DNA of 64,000 nucleotides from Vicugna vicugna (Eukaryota): contig MU061578.1 of NCBI GenBank assembly GCA_013265495.1, positions 815,308 through 879,307 of the forward strand, written 5' to 3'. Position numbers and translations under genes: made by a program. The notes under the pieces are model-generated. The model was not told where the DNA came from. It was given only the letters and a program-made list of their open reading frames with translations, and made no database searches. Below are positions 13,965 to 26,600 of the stretch, one piece after another (position 1 is the stretch's first letter; every line of letters begins with the position of its first letter).

Positions 13965-14830
13965 TAAACAAATGCTCATGAAACACTAGGTATGTGCTAG
14001 ACACAATTCTAGGTGCTGAAACTGCCTAGAAGACAAAGTAGATATAAGCCTCTCTTCTTAAGGGACTTCACTTTTAGTGGTGGAGGAAAGCAACAAGTAA
14101 TTAGATAATAAATAAGAGCATGGCAGAGAATGTTGGAAGTATAAACACAAGGCAGAACATTGAACATGAGGATTGGAGGTGTGGGATGGAGGGTTTGGCA
14201 TTCTTGATAAATGGTTTTTGAGAAGGTGACAACTGAGACACAGTTTAACAAAGAGGAATGAGCCATGGGGATCACTCAGGCAAGACTGGTCCAGATACAG
14301 GGGCAGCCAGTGCAAAGGTCCTGGGGTAGGAACACGAGGAAGAGTGAGGCTAGTGCAAGGTGATGAAGGAGGAGAGAATAGGAGATGATACCAGAGATGT
14401 AATGAGGGGGCAGGAACAGCTCATGGGAGCCCTTGCAGGATGCTGCAGGAACTGTGGCTTAAAAAAAAAAAAACTTTTAAAATTTTTGCAATAATTTATA
14501 TTCAGAGATGTTACAATGTTACAGGCATAGTACAGAGAGTTCTCACATACCCTTTGCCCAGCTTCCCCTAAAGTTAACATCTTACCTAACCATGTGCATT
14601 TATCCAAAGTAAGAAGTTAATGTCGGTATTTTATTATCAACTACAGATTTTACTTAAATTTCCTGTTTTTTCCCCTTATGCTTTTCTTTTCTTGCAGGAT
14701 CCAATCAAGATGCATTTATGGGATTTGGGCTTTTACTCTGAGAGAAAAGGGGGAGCCACTAGAGGCCTTTTAACAAAGAAGAGGGATGAAATAATTTACA
14801 TTTTAGCAGGATTTCTGGGTGTTTTCTTTC
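13965..14830 (-). mobile_element. LINE-2 fragment interrupted by an L1MC-type 3' end (~14460-14718)
   Basis: Antisense L2 motifs (cagccagtgcaaaggtcctggggtaggaac; gggcttttactctgagagaaaagggggagccact). The L1 part contains tagtacagagagttctcacataccctttgcccagcttcccct. Confidence 0.7.
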
Positions 14831-17160
14831 TCCACTTAAGTCTGAGTTCAGCAGAGGATAGGAAGATTCCTTGAATTGTAATTTAATGAGCTCTTCCTTT
14901 AAGCTCCTTTACGCTACCCCATAAGAATAGCAAATGTTCTTTATCAGAGTTATAACCAAAAGAAACAGACAAAAACAATGATCAGCCATTTAGTAAATAC
15001 AAAATGCTATGTAAATGCTAAATAATAAACATAATATCCATTTCCTCAGTGTTCTGCAGGATTTTTATGACTACAAGTGCTAATTGTCCCAACATCTTGG
15101 ATTTATGTTATTTCTGTCTCCCGAATAATCAAGTATTTTCAAGTTATATTTACTTAATTGAGCTAACAAGCTTGCCTGGTTAGAACATGATGATAGTGTG
15201 GCTGAAATTACAGGTTTGATGTCATGCATGTGGCTCTGCAAAAGAAAATGAAACAAACTGAAGGGCTCAACCGTCATAAAAACTGGTCCAAATTGGGGGT
15301 TGCTGAGTTATAGGTCCTGGGTGCTTGTTTTAAAAGGGATGGGGGCTGAAGATTCCTGAGTCACTCCTCTGAAGTCACTAATACTCAAAGTCAGCTGGTC
15401 ACCTTTAGAACTGCTATGTTTCAAATATACCCATGTTTCTGATGAGGAAACTGAGATCTAGAGGACTAAATCTGGGTGACCCAGGCTATGTGTTAGGGAA
15501 GGAAATGACTAAGAGGCTGAGCTCAAGAATTCGATTTTCTTAGTTCGAATTTTTTCTCTTCTACATGCTGTGCCACCATGAGTGTGCTGGTTAATCTCTC
15601 TGGGCTCAGGCTGCTGATCAATAAAGTGAATTTTCATAAACAGATACAAAATATAGGATCGCTGTAAGGATAATATAATACATGGAAAGCATTGAGTAGA
15701 GCACATGGAAGATTGCCGATGATGACTGACTGTCCCTGGGATGACCTGGGAGGGTCTTTTGGGGGCAGTGTGGCTTCTCCTAGCTTTATCCTAGAATATA
15801 CCATGTTCCATTGAAACTATCTGTCAATTTTTCCATCATCCTGGCTAAGCTGTGAACCCTGAAAGAATAAGAACTGGGAGACTATTCTTCATCCCCAGTG
15901 CTGAGCACAGAGCCTGGTGTACACCGATGGCTCGGGAGCAGGACTGGACTGTTCCGAAAGACCTCCCAGGCTGACAGCCCAGACTACCGCAGAGGTTGGA
16001 TGTAACCGTCTGCTAGGAACGCTGTCTCTTCTTGGCCTCTGAAGCAGCCTTCTTGGCTCATGACTTCATCGAGATTGTGACTGCCCAAACATGCGGACTG
16101 TCCCCGGCTGATGCCACCCTGCAGTAAGAATTCCTTTGCAGCTGGGGCTAAGGACAGAGTTCCATCTGGGTGACACCCAATGGTATCTTCTGGAATGAGT
16201 TGTGCATCTTAACCCTAATGCAGAGGACACTTGGAGATCTTTATTTGAACCGTGGCTTTGGCCGCGTGTCTTCCGGCCCCTGGGAATGCACACCAGCATT
16301 CAGCTATGAAGGCTAACATTCATTTTCACTTGTTACCCAAGATTTTAGGTTATCCATACCATTCTTTAAAAATTGCAGACTTCAGCAAATGAAAAGATGA
16401 AAGAAAGAGAGGAAAGAAAGATGGGCAGAAGGGAGGAAGGAATGACTTTGTTCTTCCTGGAATAACTTATTTGCTTAGTGACAGGGCAGAGGAGTTATGT
16501 CAGGGGCTATTTGAATGCAATGAACAGGTCATGCCGAAACAAAACAAAACAGAAGGATAGGGCCTTGGAAATGCTCGAGACATAAATCTTACAGGGTCAT
16601 GAACTATGGATTTCTCCTCTCTGCTTCTGCAGCACGTACTAAGAATGATATTGAAGTTCGGTTCAGATTTTGCCATAAAAAGCATCATTATCAATTAACA
16701 TTGACCTGCTGGCCACTCAGGCCATTGGCTCGCCGGGGCCATTCCTTGCGGTCTGAAGACAACCCTGGTGCTCAAATAAAAAGGCTCCTGGAAAAAGTCT
16801 TCCCAAGTCTCTTCACCTTCTGATGTGGAAGTCCTACATCTCTAGATGTTAGAGGAACATTCCTGCTTTTGTTTTTAAATCTCCTCTAACTGTAAAAGAA
16901 TGTCACAGACTATATAAGAAACTCGAGCTACAGAACACCATTTTCACAGGGAGGGAAGTACTCCTGGGAATAAGTAGTAAAATTCCACTATGGAAAAAAG
17001 AAAAAGAAAAAAAGACACAGACTCAGAATGGAGGAGACAAGTTTGAAAACATAAGGATCAAAGCCTGATGATTATATAAAGATATTTTCTATTATGCTGA
17101 CGTAGTGAGCAAAATGGCTGATACCTAAGAGGAATGCAAATCTCATTAAGAGATTGCAGG

Positions 17161-17788
17161 CTGGGCACATATCTGGAAAAGACAAAAACTCCAATTCGAA
17201 AAGATACATGCACCTCGATGTTCACAGCAGCACTGTTTACAGTGGCCAAGATATGGACACAACCTAAATGTCCATCAACAGATGACTGGATAAAGAAGAT
17301 AAAGACAAAATGGAATATTACTTAGCAATAAAAAAGAATGAAATAATGCCATTTGCAGCAACATGTATAGACCTAGAGATTATCATACTAAATAAAGTAA
17401 GTCAGACAGAGAAACAAATATCATATGATATAACTTACATGTGGAATCTAAAAAAATGAAACAATTGAACTTATTTACAAAACAGAAATCGACTCACAGA
17501 CATAGAAAACAATATTATGGTTACCAATGGGGAAAGGGTGGGAAGGGAGGGATAAATCAGGAGTCTGAGGATTAACAGATACAAATTACTATAAATAAAA
17601 TAAGCAACGAGGTCCTACTGTAGAGCACAGAGAACTATATTCAGTATCTTGTAATCACCTATATGAAAAAGAATCTGAAAAAGAATATGTATATATATAT
17701 ATACACACATACACAGTTGAATCACTTTGCTGTCTACCTGAAACTAACATAACATTGAAAATCAACTATCCTTCAATTTAAAGAAAGA
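17161..17788 (+). mobile_element. 5'-truncated L1 (ORF2 C-terminal remnant + 3'UTR), cetartiodactyl type
   Basis: ORF2-end peptide KDTCTSMFTAALFTVAKIWTQPKCPSTDDWIKK and 3'UTR gactcacagacatagaaaac. A-rich tail, with candidate TSD aagagattgcagg (17148-17160) / gagaaattgcagg (17789-17801). Confidence 0.92.
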
Positions 17789-17992
17789 GAGAAATTGCAG
17801 GGAAGGGTGAACTTTCTGCTTGAGCATCAGTGTGGATGGAGTGGAGGATGTGGACTCAGGGTCTTTGGACATGTCATTCTTCTCTCTGGAACACTCCTCC
17901 TAGGGTTTGCCCCATAATGACTGATCTTTATCCTCATGTTCTGACAGACATGACACCCCCTTACAAAGCCTTCCATGACCATACTATCTAAA

Positions 17993-18177
17993 AAGTGTGT
18001 TGGTAAGTAAACTCTGCCACCCTCACCCCTCAAAAAACCGCTAAGCTCTGCCAACGTCTGTGGTAAAAATACTTTCATCCTGGATGCTTTTAAGCTACCA
18101 ACACGATGTCACTGAATACAGAGTTGGGAAGAAAAGCTTACAGTTGGCTCTTGCCAGCTGCTCAAACATCCCACTGG
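17993..18177 (-). mobile_element. MER63A-like element
   Basis: ttaagctaccaacacgatgtcactgaatacagagttgggaag, the reverse of the MER63 core. Confidence 0.65.
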
Positions 18178-21099
18178 CATAGCTGAAATTACCCCAATTA
18201 TTTAGTTACATCTTGACTGTCTCTCCCAGATTATGTAAGCTCAGCAGGGGAGAGACCTTTTCTGTTGCAATTGCTACGGTGTCCCCAGCATCTGGTAGCT
18301 GATACCCAGCAAATGCACCCTAAATATTCCCTATTTCAGTTCCCCTTCCTGCCCTATGTCTTGGGAACCCTCTCCAGGCAGTAAGCTGGGACCTCTGTAG
18401 GGTTCAGCTCATTTGGTTCTTTTTCTCATCCAATATGTGAAACTATTGTTCCTTGTGTGTTGGCCTTTTTGTTTAAGGTGTAAATGTAAACCCAGTTCCT
18501 GTTACTCCATCATGGCTAAAAGGAGACGTCCCGTGAGTATTTCTTATTTGGATGAACAGAAATGTCTGAGTTCGGGTGAAGGGGGCGGTCACTGGGGTGA
18601 CCAAGATTTTTCACATGCAGGGCAATGTTTGAAAACTCACCATCTGTGCCATCCAGTGAGTCTAAATTTATAAGTCCTCCTAACTCCTGTTAGGTTGGGA
18701 TCAGACAATGGAATCCTTTTTTTTTTTTTTTGAGCACTGTTTGTAACTATGAAAAGCATCATTTAATTAGGACTAATATAGGATGCCCTGTAGAGTGATA
18801 ATTTAATAATTTGGCCATTTTATTTATACAGTGCCTCCAGGCTCCTCATTAAAAATGGAAGAGATATTCCATGGGACAACGGGGCTTTGCTGCTGCAAAC
18901 AATCCAAGTGCTCTCAGATCACAAAGCCCACCCTCTGGGCATCGTAAGAGCCATCTCCCTATCGCCCGGGAAACTACTTGTTCATCCTGGTACTGAGGGG
19001 TGTTGTCCAGCCTGGCTGGAAAAAAGAAGACTCTGGGGAAGTCTAGCCAAGACAATGGCGCTCTTACCGCATCAAAACTCTATGGCCGCTTCCCTTTGCT
19101 CTTGGAATTGAACTGGCTAACAAGCCTCCACCTTTGCCACTTCATCTCAAGCACGTCTTTGCTTATTCACAGCCTCACTAACTTCTTTCACTCCTCCAAC
19201 ACCACCAGGATCTGTCCCACCTCAAAGCTTGTGCTCCTCTGCCTGGAACCTCTTCCTTCTCCTGTTTGCCAAGCTGGATCTTTCTCATCCTTAGTCACCG
19301 GCTTAAATGTCAGCTTTCTAGAGAGTCCTCCCTGTCCAGCCCGGATCACACAGCATCCCTCTTATCTGTTTCTTTCATATTGTCATCAAGTCTAGAAAGC
19401 GCTTTGATGTGTCTGTCTGGGGCCCCAGGAAAATAAGCTTTGTGACGGCAGCATCTCTGTGGGTCTTGTTCCATACACTTCCAGAGCCCAGAGATACAGG
19501 TTCTGAATAGTGACTACCTCATCAGTAACTCATGAATAATGAGGTAGGTTCCTGATTAATAGCTGTGGTGTGAAGATGCCATGATGCCTGGAATTTCCTC
19601 TCTGTTTTCCGCCAGCCTGCAGCCAGGCTGATGACTCAGGATAGAGATGAACGTGAGAGTGTCAAGGGCAGAAGGAACCACAGACAGAAACTCTCCTCTC
19701 CTTGTGATGCATCAGGTGGTGGGGGAGATGGACGGACAGAAACTAAGACTGGAGAGAAAGAACTTTCATGCCTCCCTTGTCTGAGCTCCCACAGCCTCCT
19801 GTTCAACAGCCCTGGGAATCCATTTGCCATGTGCATTGGTGTACACCGCCAGACCACCAGGCTGGGTGAAGTTTCTGAAGGGCACAGGGTATGTTTCATT
19901 CTCCTCTTCATCCCTAGTGCTCAGCACCAGATTTAAAAGTTACTTAAAAAATCAATAGCTGTGTGTGTGTGTGTGTGTGAAAGGAGGATGTAAAGGACTT
20001 CTTGGTCTGTTTCAGAATATTTCACGTGGCGAATAGTCACTGGGCATGAATGGAATAAATCACTCAAAATGCAGCTTATTTTCATTGCACAGAGCGGGTT
20101 CTGTAACAAAAGTCCAGAAGAGCGAAGTCACCAAATGTGAGCAAGATGGGCTAAGACGGGCTGAGGAAAGTTTCTTTCTGATCCCTGGGATTTGCTCCAT
20201 CACCAAAGGAGCAAAACCAAATGGGCACATGGCCAGTGGGATCATCCATCCTCTTCCGTCCCCTACCGGGACAGATCGCTCTTCTGCTTGAAAATACCCA
20301 CAACCTTCATGCTCACTAATCACTGTAACAGGTCTCCACTTCATACCAGCCAATCCAAGACCAACAGCAAATAACCGTGACACTTGTTTCCACCTGCCTA
20401 AAAAAAAAAAGAAAAAAAAAAGAAAAAACGGAGCAAGCAGATCATCTGAATTGAGAACTTCGAAACATAAGCTTAATCATCAAAAAGTCTCATCGCTGCA
20501 AGTACAGGCTTCCTCGTGGCGCAGCGATTTGCCATGCCTGCCTCGATTCCGATTCCAATGCTGCCAGGCGTGTGGCAAGTTCCCTGTTAACACGCGAAAA
20601 GGAGTATTTGCTTTATTTTTCCTTCGGTAAATTAGGTCGGTCCCCTAAGTGCCTCTGGCTTGCAAAAGGGATTAAATGCATAGTCGGATCCACCGATCAT
20701 TTAATTTCTCAACTTTCCTCGCTCTCCTCCTTTCCACTTTTTGGCAGATCACGGAAGGCAAGGTGCTCACTTAATAAATTATGTTTGCAGAACAGTGGTG
20801 CCAACCGACACAATTATGCACTTGTTGAACTAGTGGCCACTTATAAACAGACTTTGTAAGTCATCACGCTTCATACTGAAAGGGGCCAATGCATCATTAT
20901 GATCTAGCAGGTTGCCTGCTGGATTTTACAGCACTGCACACTACATTAACCTTTGCTACTGCTGATATTTACGATCTTATAAGAAAGTATTTATCAAGCT
21001 GAAAGCCAATATGCAGCGCCCGTGTTTTAGCCAGCGCTGTTTAGAAATGGTTATCAACTCCGTTCTTCAGGCATTTTAAATCACTCTGAGTCAATGCCC

Positions 21100-21720
21100 A
21101 GTCCTGGCGAGAGTTCGGGAACACAGGGCACTCCCGTGCAGTCTTGGTGGGAGTTTAAATTGGTATCATCTTTCTGGAGGGCGATTTTTCAGTTTTATCT
21201 GACTATCAAAAGCCTTAAAAAAAATGTGCATTTTTTTACTCTTTGACCCAGCAGTTCTACTTCTGGGAATTTATTCTACAGAAACAATCGCGAAAGTGCG
21301 TGAAGATTTGGGCAAGAGAAAATTCATCATGGTGATATTTGCCGCGGTGAAAAATGGGAACGAACCTAAGTACCCAACTCCAAGGGATTGGTTAAATGAA
21401 TGAGGCCCGATCAAAACGATGCCAGGCAATAAAACACCAAGAGGCCATCAGAGACTTAAAATACATTAAGTGATTTGGAAAGATACGTACGCCATTTTCA
21501 ATTAGAAAGCAACTGACAAAACAGTGTGGCAGGTCCCATCCTTGAATTTTTATGTATTTTAAAAAATTTTGGAACACATTGCAAAAGCTCTGAGAGGATA
21601 AACAACCAGGTGTTCCATGACGTAACAGACCAATTGTGATGATGATTATTCTTATTAGCTTATTTGGATTTTCTGGCTTTTTAAAAATAGTGAATAGGCA
21701 AAATTTGCATCGTTTTGAAG
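21100..21720 (+). mobile_element. Old L1 (L1ME-like) 3' fragment
   Basis: tttgacccagcagttctacttctgggaatttattctacagaaa; aacctaagtaccca...gggattggttaaat. Confidence 0.75.
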
Positions 21721-22224
21721 AGTCATAAGGAATTGGGTCTTGTTTGTCTTTTCATCTGCAATGCAGCACACAGGGTCAGTAACTGATTTTTTTTTTTTAA
21801 TGAGCTCAGAGTCACAGGATAATGGTAATAATTGTTTCTATTTTTATAATACTGCCCAATCTCTAAAGCACGCCCACATCTGATTTCTCACGTGAGTCTC
21901 CAACACCCTGCGGACAGGCAGGCAGGCCTGATGGTGCCAGTTCCGCTCCCAGATGCAGAGACCAAGGCTCAGAGAGTGCATGGGACTGGCTGGTGGTCAC
22001 ACAGCCTCAGAAGGCAGCGCTAAGACCTGTTGCCAAGTTTTCCAGCCCCCGGTCCCACGTTCCTTCCCTTCCACTATTTGCTTCCACCTAGCAAGAAAAA
22101 TCACAGCTGCCAGAGGGAAATCATTTGTAGATCCATTCCTCTACTCGGGGTACTTGGCTTGATTCTAAATTCTCTCGGTCAGAAGCAGATGGAAGAGGAG
22201 ACAGAGCCGGGGCAGTCTAAAACG

Positions 22225-22226
<2 letters not shown>

Positions 22227-22271
<45 letters not shown>
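22227..22271. repeat. (CAG)15 trinucleotide repeat; (CTG)15 on the RBFOX1 sense strand
   Basis: Uninterrupted repeat, read directly from the sequence. Confidence 0.98.
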
Positions 22272-22273
<2 letters not shown>

Positions 22274-23027
22274 CCCCAAATCCCAGGATATAGAACTGGC
22301 CTGTCCAGAGCCCGTTAACATGGCTCGCAGCTCCTGGGGGCTGCGGGGAGTGGAGGGGCTGGTGCTGGGGTTTTGATGTCTCCCAGAATTATCGACTAAT
22401 GTGCGTCTGCCGGACAGGGAGGTGAGATCAAAGCTTCTCACAGAGGGGAAAGGTGGAGGCCTGGCCGCAAGCAAGGGGGCCAGGAGGCTGCAAACATTGC
22501 CCCCTCCTTCCTGGATCCTGCCTCTCTCACCAGTGGTGTTCTTTTCTCAAAGGGAAACTGCTGGTCAAGAAGGGGAGGGCGGGGGGCTCTCATCCTGTCG
22601 GTTTCTGCAGAAACCACCTTCGCTTTAACTGTGTTCTCTTAGTCCCTGTAGCTACTGAAGTTCCCCTTGGCTCTCAGCAAGTCGAACAGAGGGTGTCGGG
22701 AAAAATAGAATTCCTGCCCCGAATGACAGCCATAACAGCGTTCAGTTCCCATGCCTGTTCTTGGCCAAACACCGTTGATACCATTTCAATATATAACCCT
22801 GCTGACTCCTCAGGGCAGCCCCATTCATTCAACCACTCGACCCTTCTTCCCGAGTGCCTACTTTGAGCAAAGCATCAGAGAGAGAGGGATGATGGACGGA
22901 ATACACCAGGGAACGGATCCTCCAGGATGGCCGATGGGTCTGTGCAAGTCGGTCAATGAATAAAGAAAATGATTGCAAGTTGCAATAAGTGCTATGAAGC
23001 CAACACATTCAAGAAACAAGTATCTCG

Positions 23028-23690
23028 TGTCTGTCAGTTTCTGAGGGCTGCCGAAACACACTGGGAAGCTGAAACAACTGAAATCTCTTCTCTCACAGTC
23101 CCGGAGGCCAGAGGACCCAAATCAAGGTGTTGGCTGAGCCACGCACCCTCCGAAGGCTCTAGGGGAGAGTCCTTTCTTGTCTCTTTGTAGGTTCTTTCTA
23201 GATCCTTGGCGTTCCTTGGCTTGCCCGCCTTGGATCACCCCCGTCTCTGCCTCTGCAGTCCTCTGTCCTTTTTCCCTCTGTGTGTCTCACATGACCTTCT
23301 TTTTCTTTCTTTCTTTCTTTTTTTTTTCCACTGGAGTATAGTTGATTTACAACATTTAAGGTATACAGCAAAGTGATCCAGGTTCATATATATATATGAA
23401 ATATATATATATTCCTTTCTGGGTTCTTTTCCATAATAGGTTACCACAAAATAACTGAATATAGTACCCTGTGCTATACAGTAGGTCCTTGTTGTTTATC
23501 TATTTTATTTATAGTAGTCACGCAGCCTTCTTATAAGGACACCAGTCACTGAACGTAGGGTCCATCGTAATCCCGTATGACCCCATTTAACTTAACTAAT
23601 TATATCTGCAAAGTCTATTTCCAAACAAGGTCACATTCTGAGGTTCCTGGTGGACATGAATTTTGAGCAGGACATTATTCAACTCAACAG
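23028..23690 (-). mobile_element. MaLR LTR (MLT1C-like) interrupted by an L1 3' end
   Basis: aaatcaaggtgttggc...gaaggctctaggggagagtcc, resuming at cttataaggacaccagtca...caaggtcacattctgagg. Confidence 0.85.
23301..23517 (-). mobile_element. Short cetartiodactyl-type L1 3' end
   Basis: Poly-T followed by gagtatagttgatttacaa...ccctgtgctatacagtaggtccttgttgtttatc, the reverse complement of the 3'UTR type seen at 17600-17780. Confidence 0.88.
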
Positions 23691-26600
23691 ATGGTATTAA
23701 GTCCGTTTTGCAAACTAGGCAGCACAGCTAGCTAGCGTTCAGATATGCGTAGGTCTGACTCCAACATCCACTTTCCCCGAGTCATTAGTCGCTACCATAG
23801 TCTTAACCAAGCAATGTTTACCCCCACAGGACAGAGACAAGACATACAATGGAGCAACTCATAGTTTAGTCCTAAGAGTCAGTTTTGGGTACAGTTCAGG
23901 CTTTTTTTTGGTCTCACTTTCCATAGAATAAGGGGATTCTCTCCTGCTTCATACGGTCATTGAGAAGACAAACGGAAATAAGGAATTTAGAACACATAGA
24001 TGATGCCGGCAAATATCGGGCACCCTGCCAATGATGGCTGTTAACAAATTATGCAGAAATGGTTCTCCATTGTCATGTGCATAAGGCTACGTTCAACAGG
24101 CTGTGTTCCTGTGGGCACACAGACCATTTAGCCCCTCTGAGATTCAGCTGCCTCATCTGGAAAAGGAAAAGATAGCTTTATCCAGGCGTTTTTGAGATCG
24201 GGTGACATAAGTGACAGTGTCTGGCCTTTGATGGGTCCTTGGCAATGGCAGCTGCTGGCTTCACCCTTATCATGATCAGGAGCTGGCCTGTAAAAAAAAA
24301 ATCTTGTATTTCACATCAGATCCTAAATGTCTCCTACAGTCTGACACTCTCCAGCAAGTGAGCAGTGAGATTATCATTGAATGCTAGTTGGTAACCCCTT
24401 GTGGGCTGCGGTGGGCTGTGTAAGACTCACTCAGGGACCGTGTTCAAACTGCATTCCCACTGGCCTCCTACCCAGGCCCCGAGGCACAGGTCCAGTCGCT
24501 CAGGGGATGCATCACTTCAGCACCATCCCTGGGGAATTCCAAGGCATAGCTGACTGCAGGAACCGAAAGAGGAGGGTGGCTGCCGCAGTGCAGTGCTTGA
24601 TCTGCCTCTGCTCATCCTGTTTCCAGAGGAAGCACATCTGTCTCTATGCTTGTCAGAACCCGGGACAGTCACTGGGACACCACCTGTAGCAGGCAGAGCC
24701 ACCGAGCCTCACAGGGCAGTATCTGCAGTGGGGATGTCACTTGAATTCCCTGCTGCTGACTTTTGTTTGTTTGTTAAAGAAGACAAAAATTAGGGGGTGA
24801 GTCCAGCCTTTCTCTCTTTCTGTCTTTCTTTCTCCTTGCCTCCTCCTCAATGCCTTCCCTTTCTTTTTGTCTTTCTTTTTGTCTTATTCTGCCCCTGTCC
24901 CCCAGCTACCTCTTCTGTGCTCACAAGGCCTTTTGGAATCTGACCTGCATGCCTAGATGGCCTGCAACCCAGCAGAGGAGATGCGGTGGGAAGCTGGGAG
25001 AAAGTTACCCTTCTGGCTCATGCCTTCCGGTCTAATTTATGTTCTCCAGTGTGCCTTTGTCTTAGGTCCCTGGACCGGAGGACATCTGTGGTTTGCCTAG
25101 ATATGTAAAAGGGAGTATTTGATTTCCTCTTTGGCCAGGGTTGCTGGCAGATATCTCCCTGTCTTGTCCCCCTCATGGGGATGGAGGCAGGTGACAGACT
25201 AAGTTCAGATGGTTGGGGTTCCAGCCTTTGTGACTTTTAATATCAACATCCCAACTGCTACTTCTAACAGCGAACTGCTGGTCTAGATAGCTCAGAGGCA
25301 TCCCTGAGAAAGCCACCAAAGCCCACACTCCTCTCCAGCGCAGGTCCTGCGTGGAAGGAAACCTCGGATGCCGGCCAGTCCTGGTTTCTAACTTCAAGCA
25401 GCTGTAGCGTCCCTTTTAGGGGTCTCGCCTTCCTGGGAAATCAAGCATCCGTTCACCCAAAACATCTCTGCAAGTGCCTACTCTGTGAGTGACCTGGAAG
25501 AGTTCTTCGGCACCCCACATCGTCAGATTATTTCACCCGGTCCTCATGGCAGCCACCAAGACCTTTCGCTGGGTGACGAAACTGAGACTCAGGGAGAATG
25601 CCAGTCTCAAGGGCTACGTGGTCCCTAAGAAAGAGAGGGCGGCTCCCTGCACGGCATAGCCCACGGTCTTCCATTCCACTGGGCCAGACTTTTTAAGCAT
25701 CCTGGAAAGCATACCACTAAACCTCTATGCCGGAAGCCAGTTAAAGGGCGAAACCCCAAGCCTAGATTAACACTAGGTCTGAGACAGTCTCGATAGAATG
25801 AACAGGATTTTCATAGCAAATCGAGAAGCATTTCCTAGGCTCTAAATGATAGTGAATATTTGATTGTAAGTAAGATACAAGTCAGAAAAAAAAATGAAGA
25901 CACACACGAAGTAAAGCAAACACGAATGGTATCATTCGATGAGGGTGATGGGATGGCAGGAGGTAGGACCCTCCCACCAGCAGGGGTCCTTCTGGAGCTA
26001 AGTCGGGAAACGTGCCACAGGTAGACCTGGGCCCTTTCATGTGAATTTTAGAACTGTCAGCAATAAACTTCTTTCTGAGGGAATTTACCTCCGGAGATTT
26101 GGCTGAAGCATTTATTTTTGACCCTGAGGGAGAGTCCTTTGTACTTGTCCTTCCCTAAAGATCCTGGGTAATTAGGGTAAATTATCTTTCTTCTCAGGGT
26201 GGGCACAGCAGTAGGGGGTGGAAAGGGGCTTCTAGGAACGCTGGAGCCTTGGATTTCCAAGTAGGAGGCTTCTAAAAAAAAACCACCCTGGGCCCTGGGC
26301 AAGGTGGGGTGGAATGTGTCTGCCATCGGACCCTCTGAGAGATGCAGCCAGTTAACTCATGAAATTAACCAGAGTCAGCAAAACGAATGTCCCTTAGGGA
26401 CACAGCAGAGGCTGCGCCCAGAAGGGCTTTAGAGGGAAACAGCATCAGGTTTAAACCCAGCCTCGGTGACACAGGGAACCAGGGGTTTGGGGCAGTTATG
26501 AGGCTTCTCTGAAACTCAGTTTTTTCATCTGCAAAATGGAAACATTTCTACCAGCCTAACACAGATGCTGGGAAGGTGGCGGGAGCTCCCTTCTGTAAAG

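Noticed and set aside
17134..17325. 63-aa ORF with recognisable protein similarity
   Set aside because: It is the decayed C-terminus of L1 ORF2, not a host gene.
24516..24535. RE1/NRSE-like ttcagcacc
   Set aside because: Only the left half-site is present; the GGACAG half is missing.
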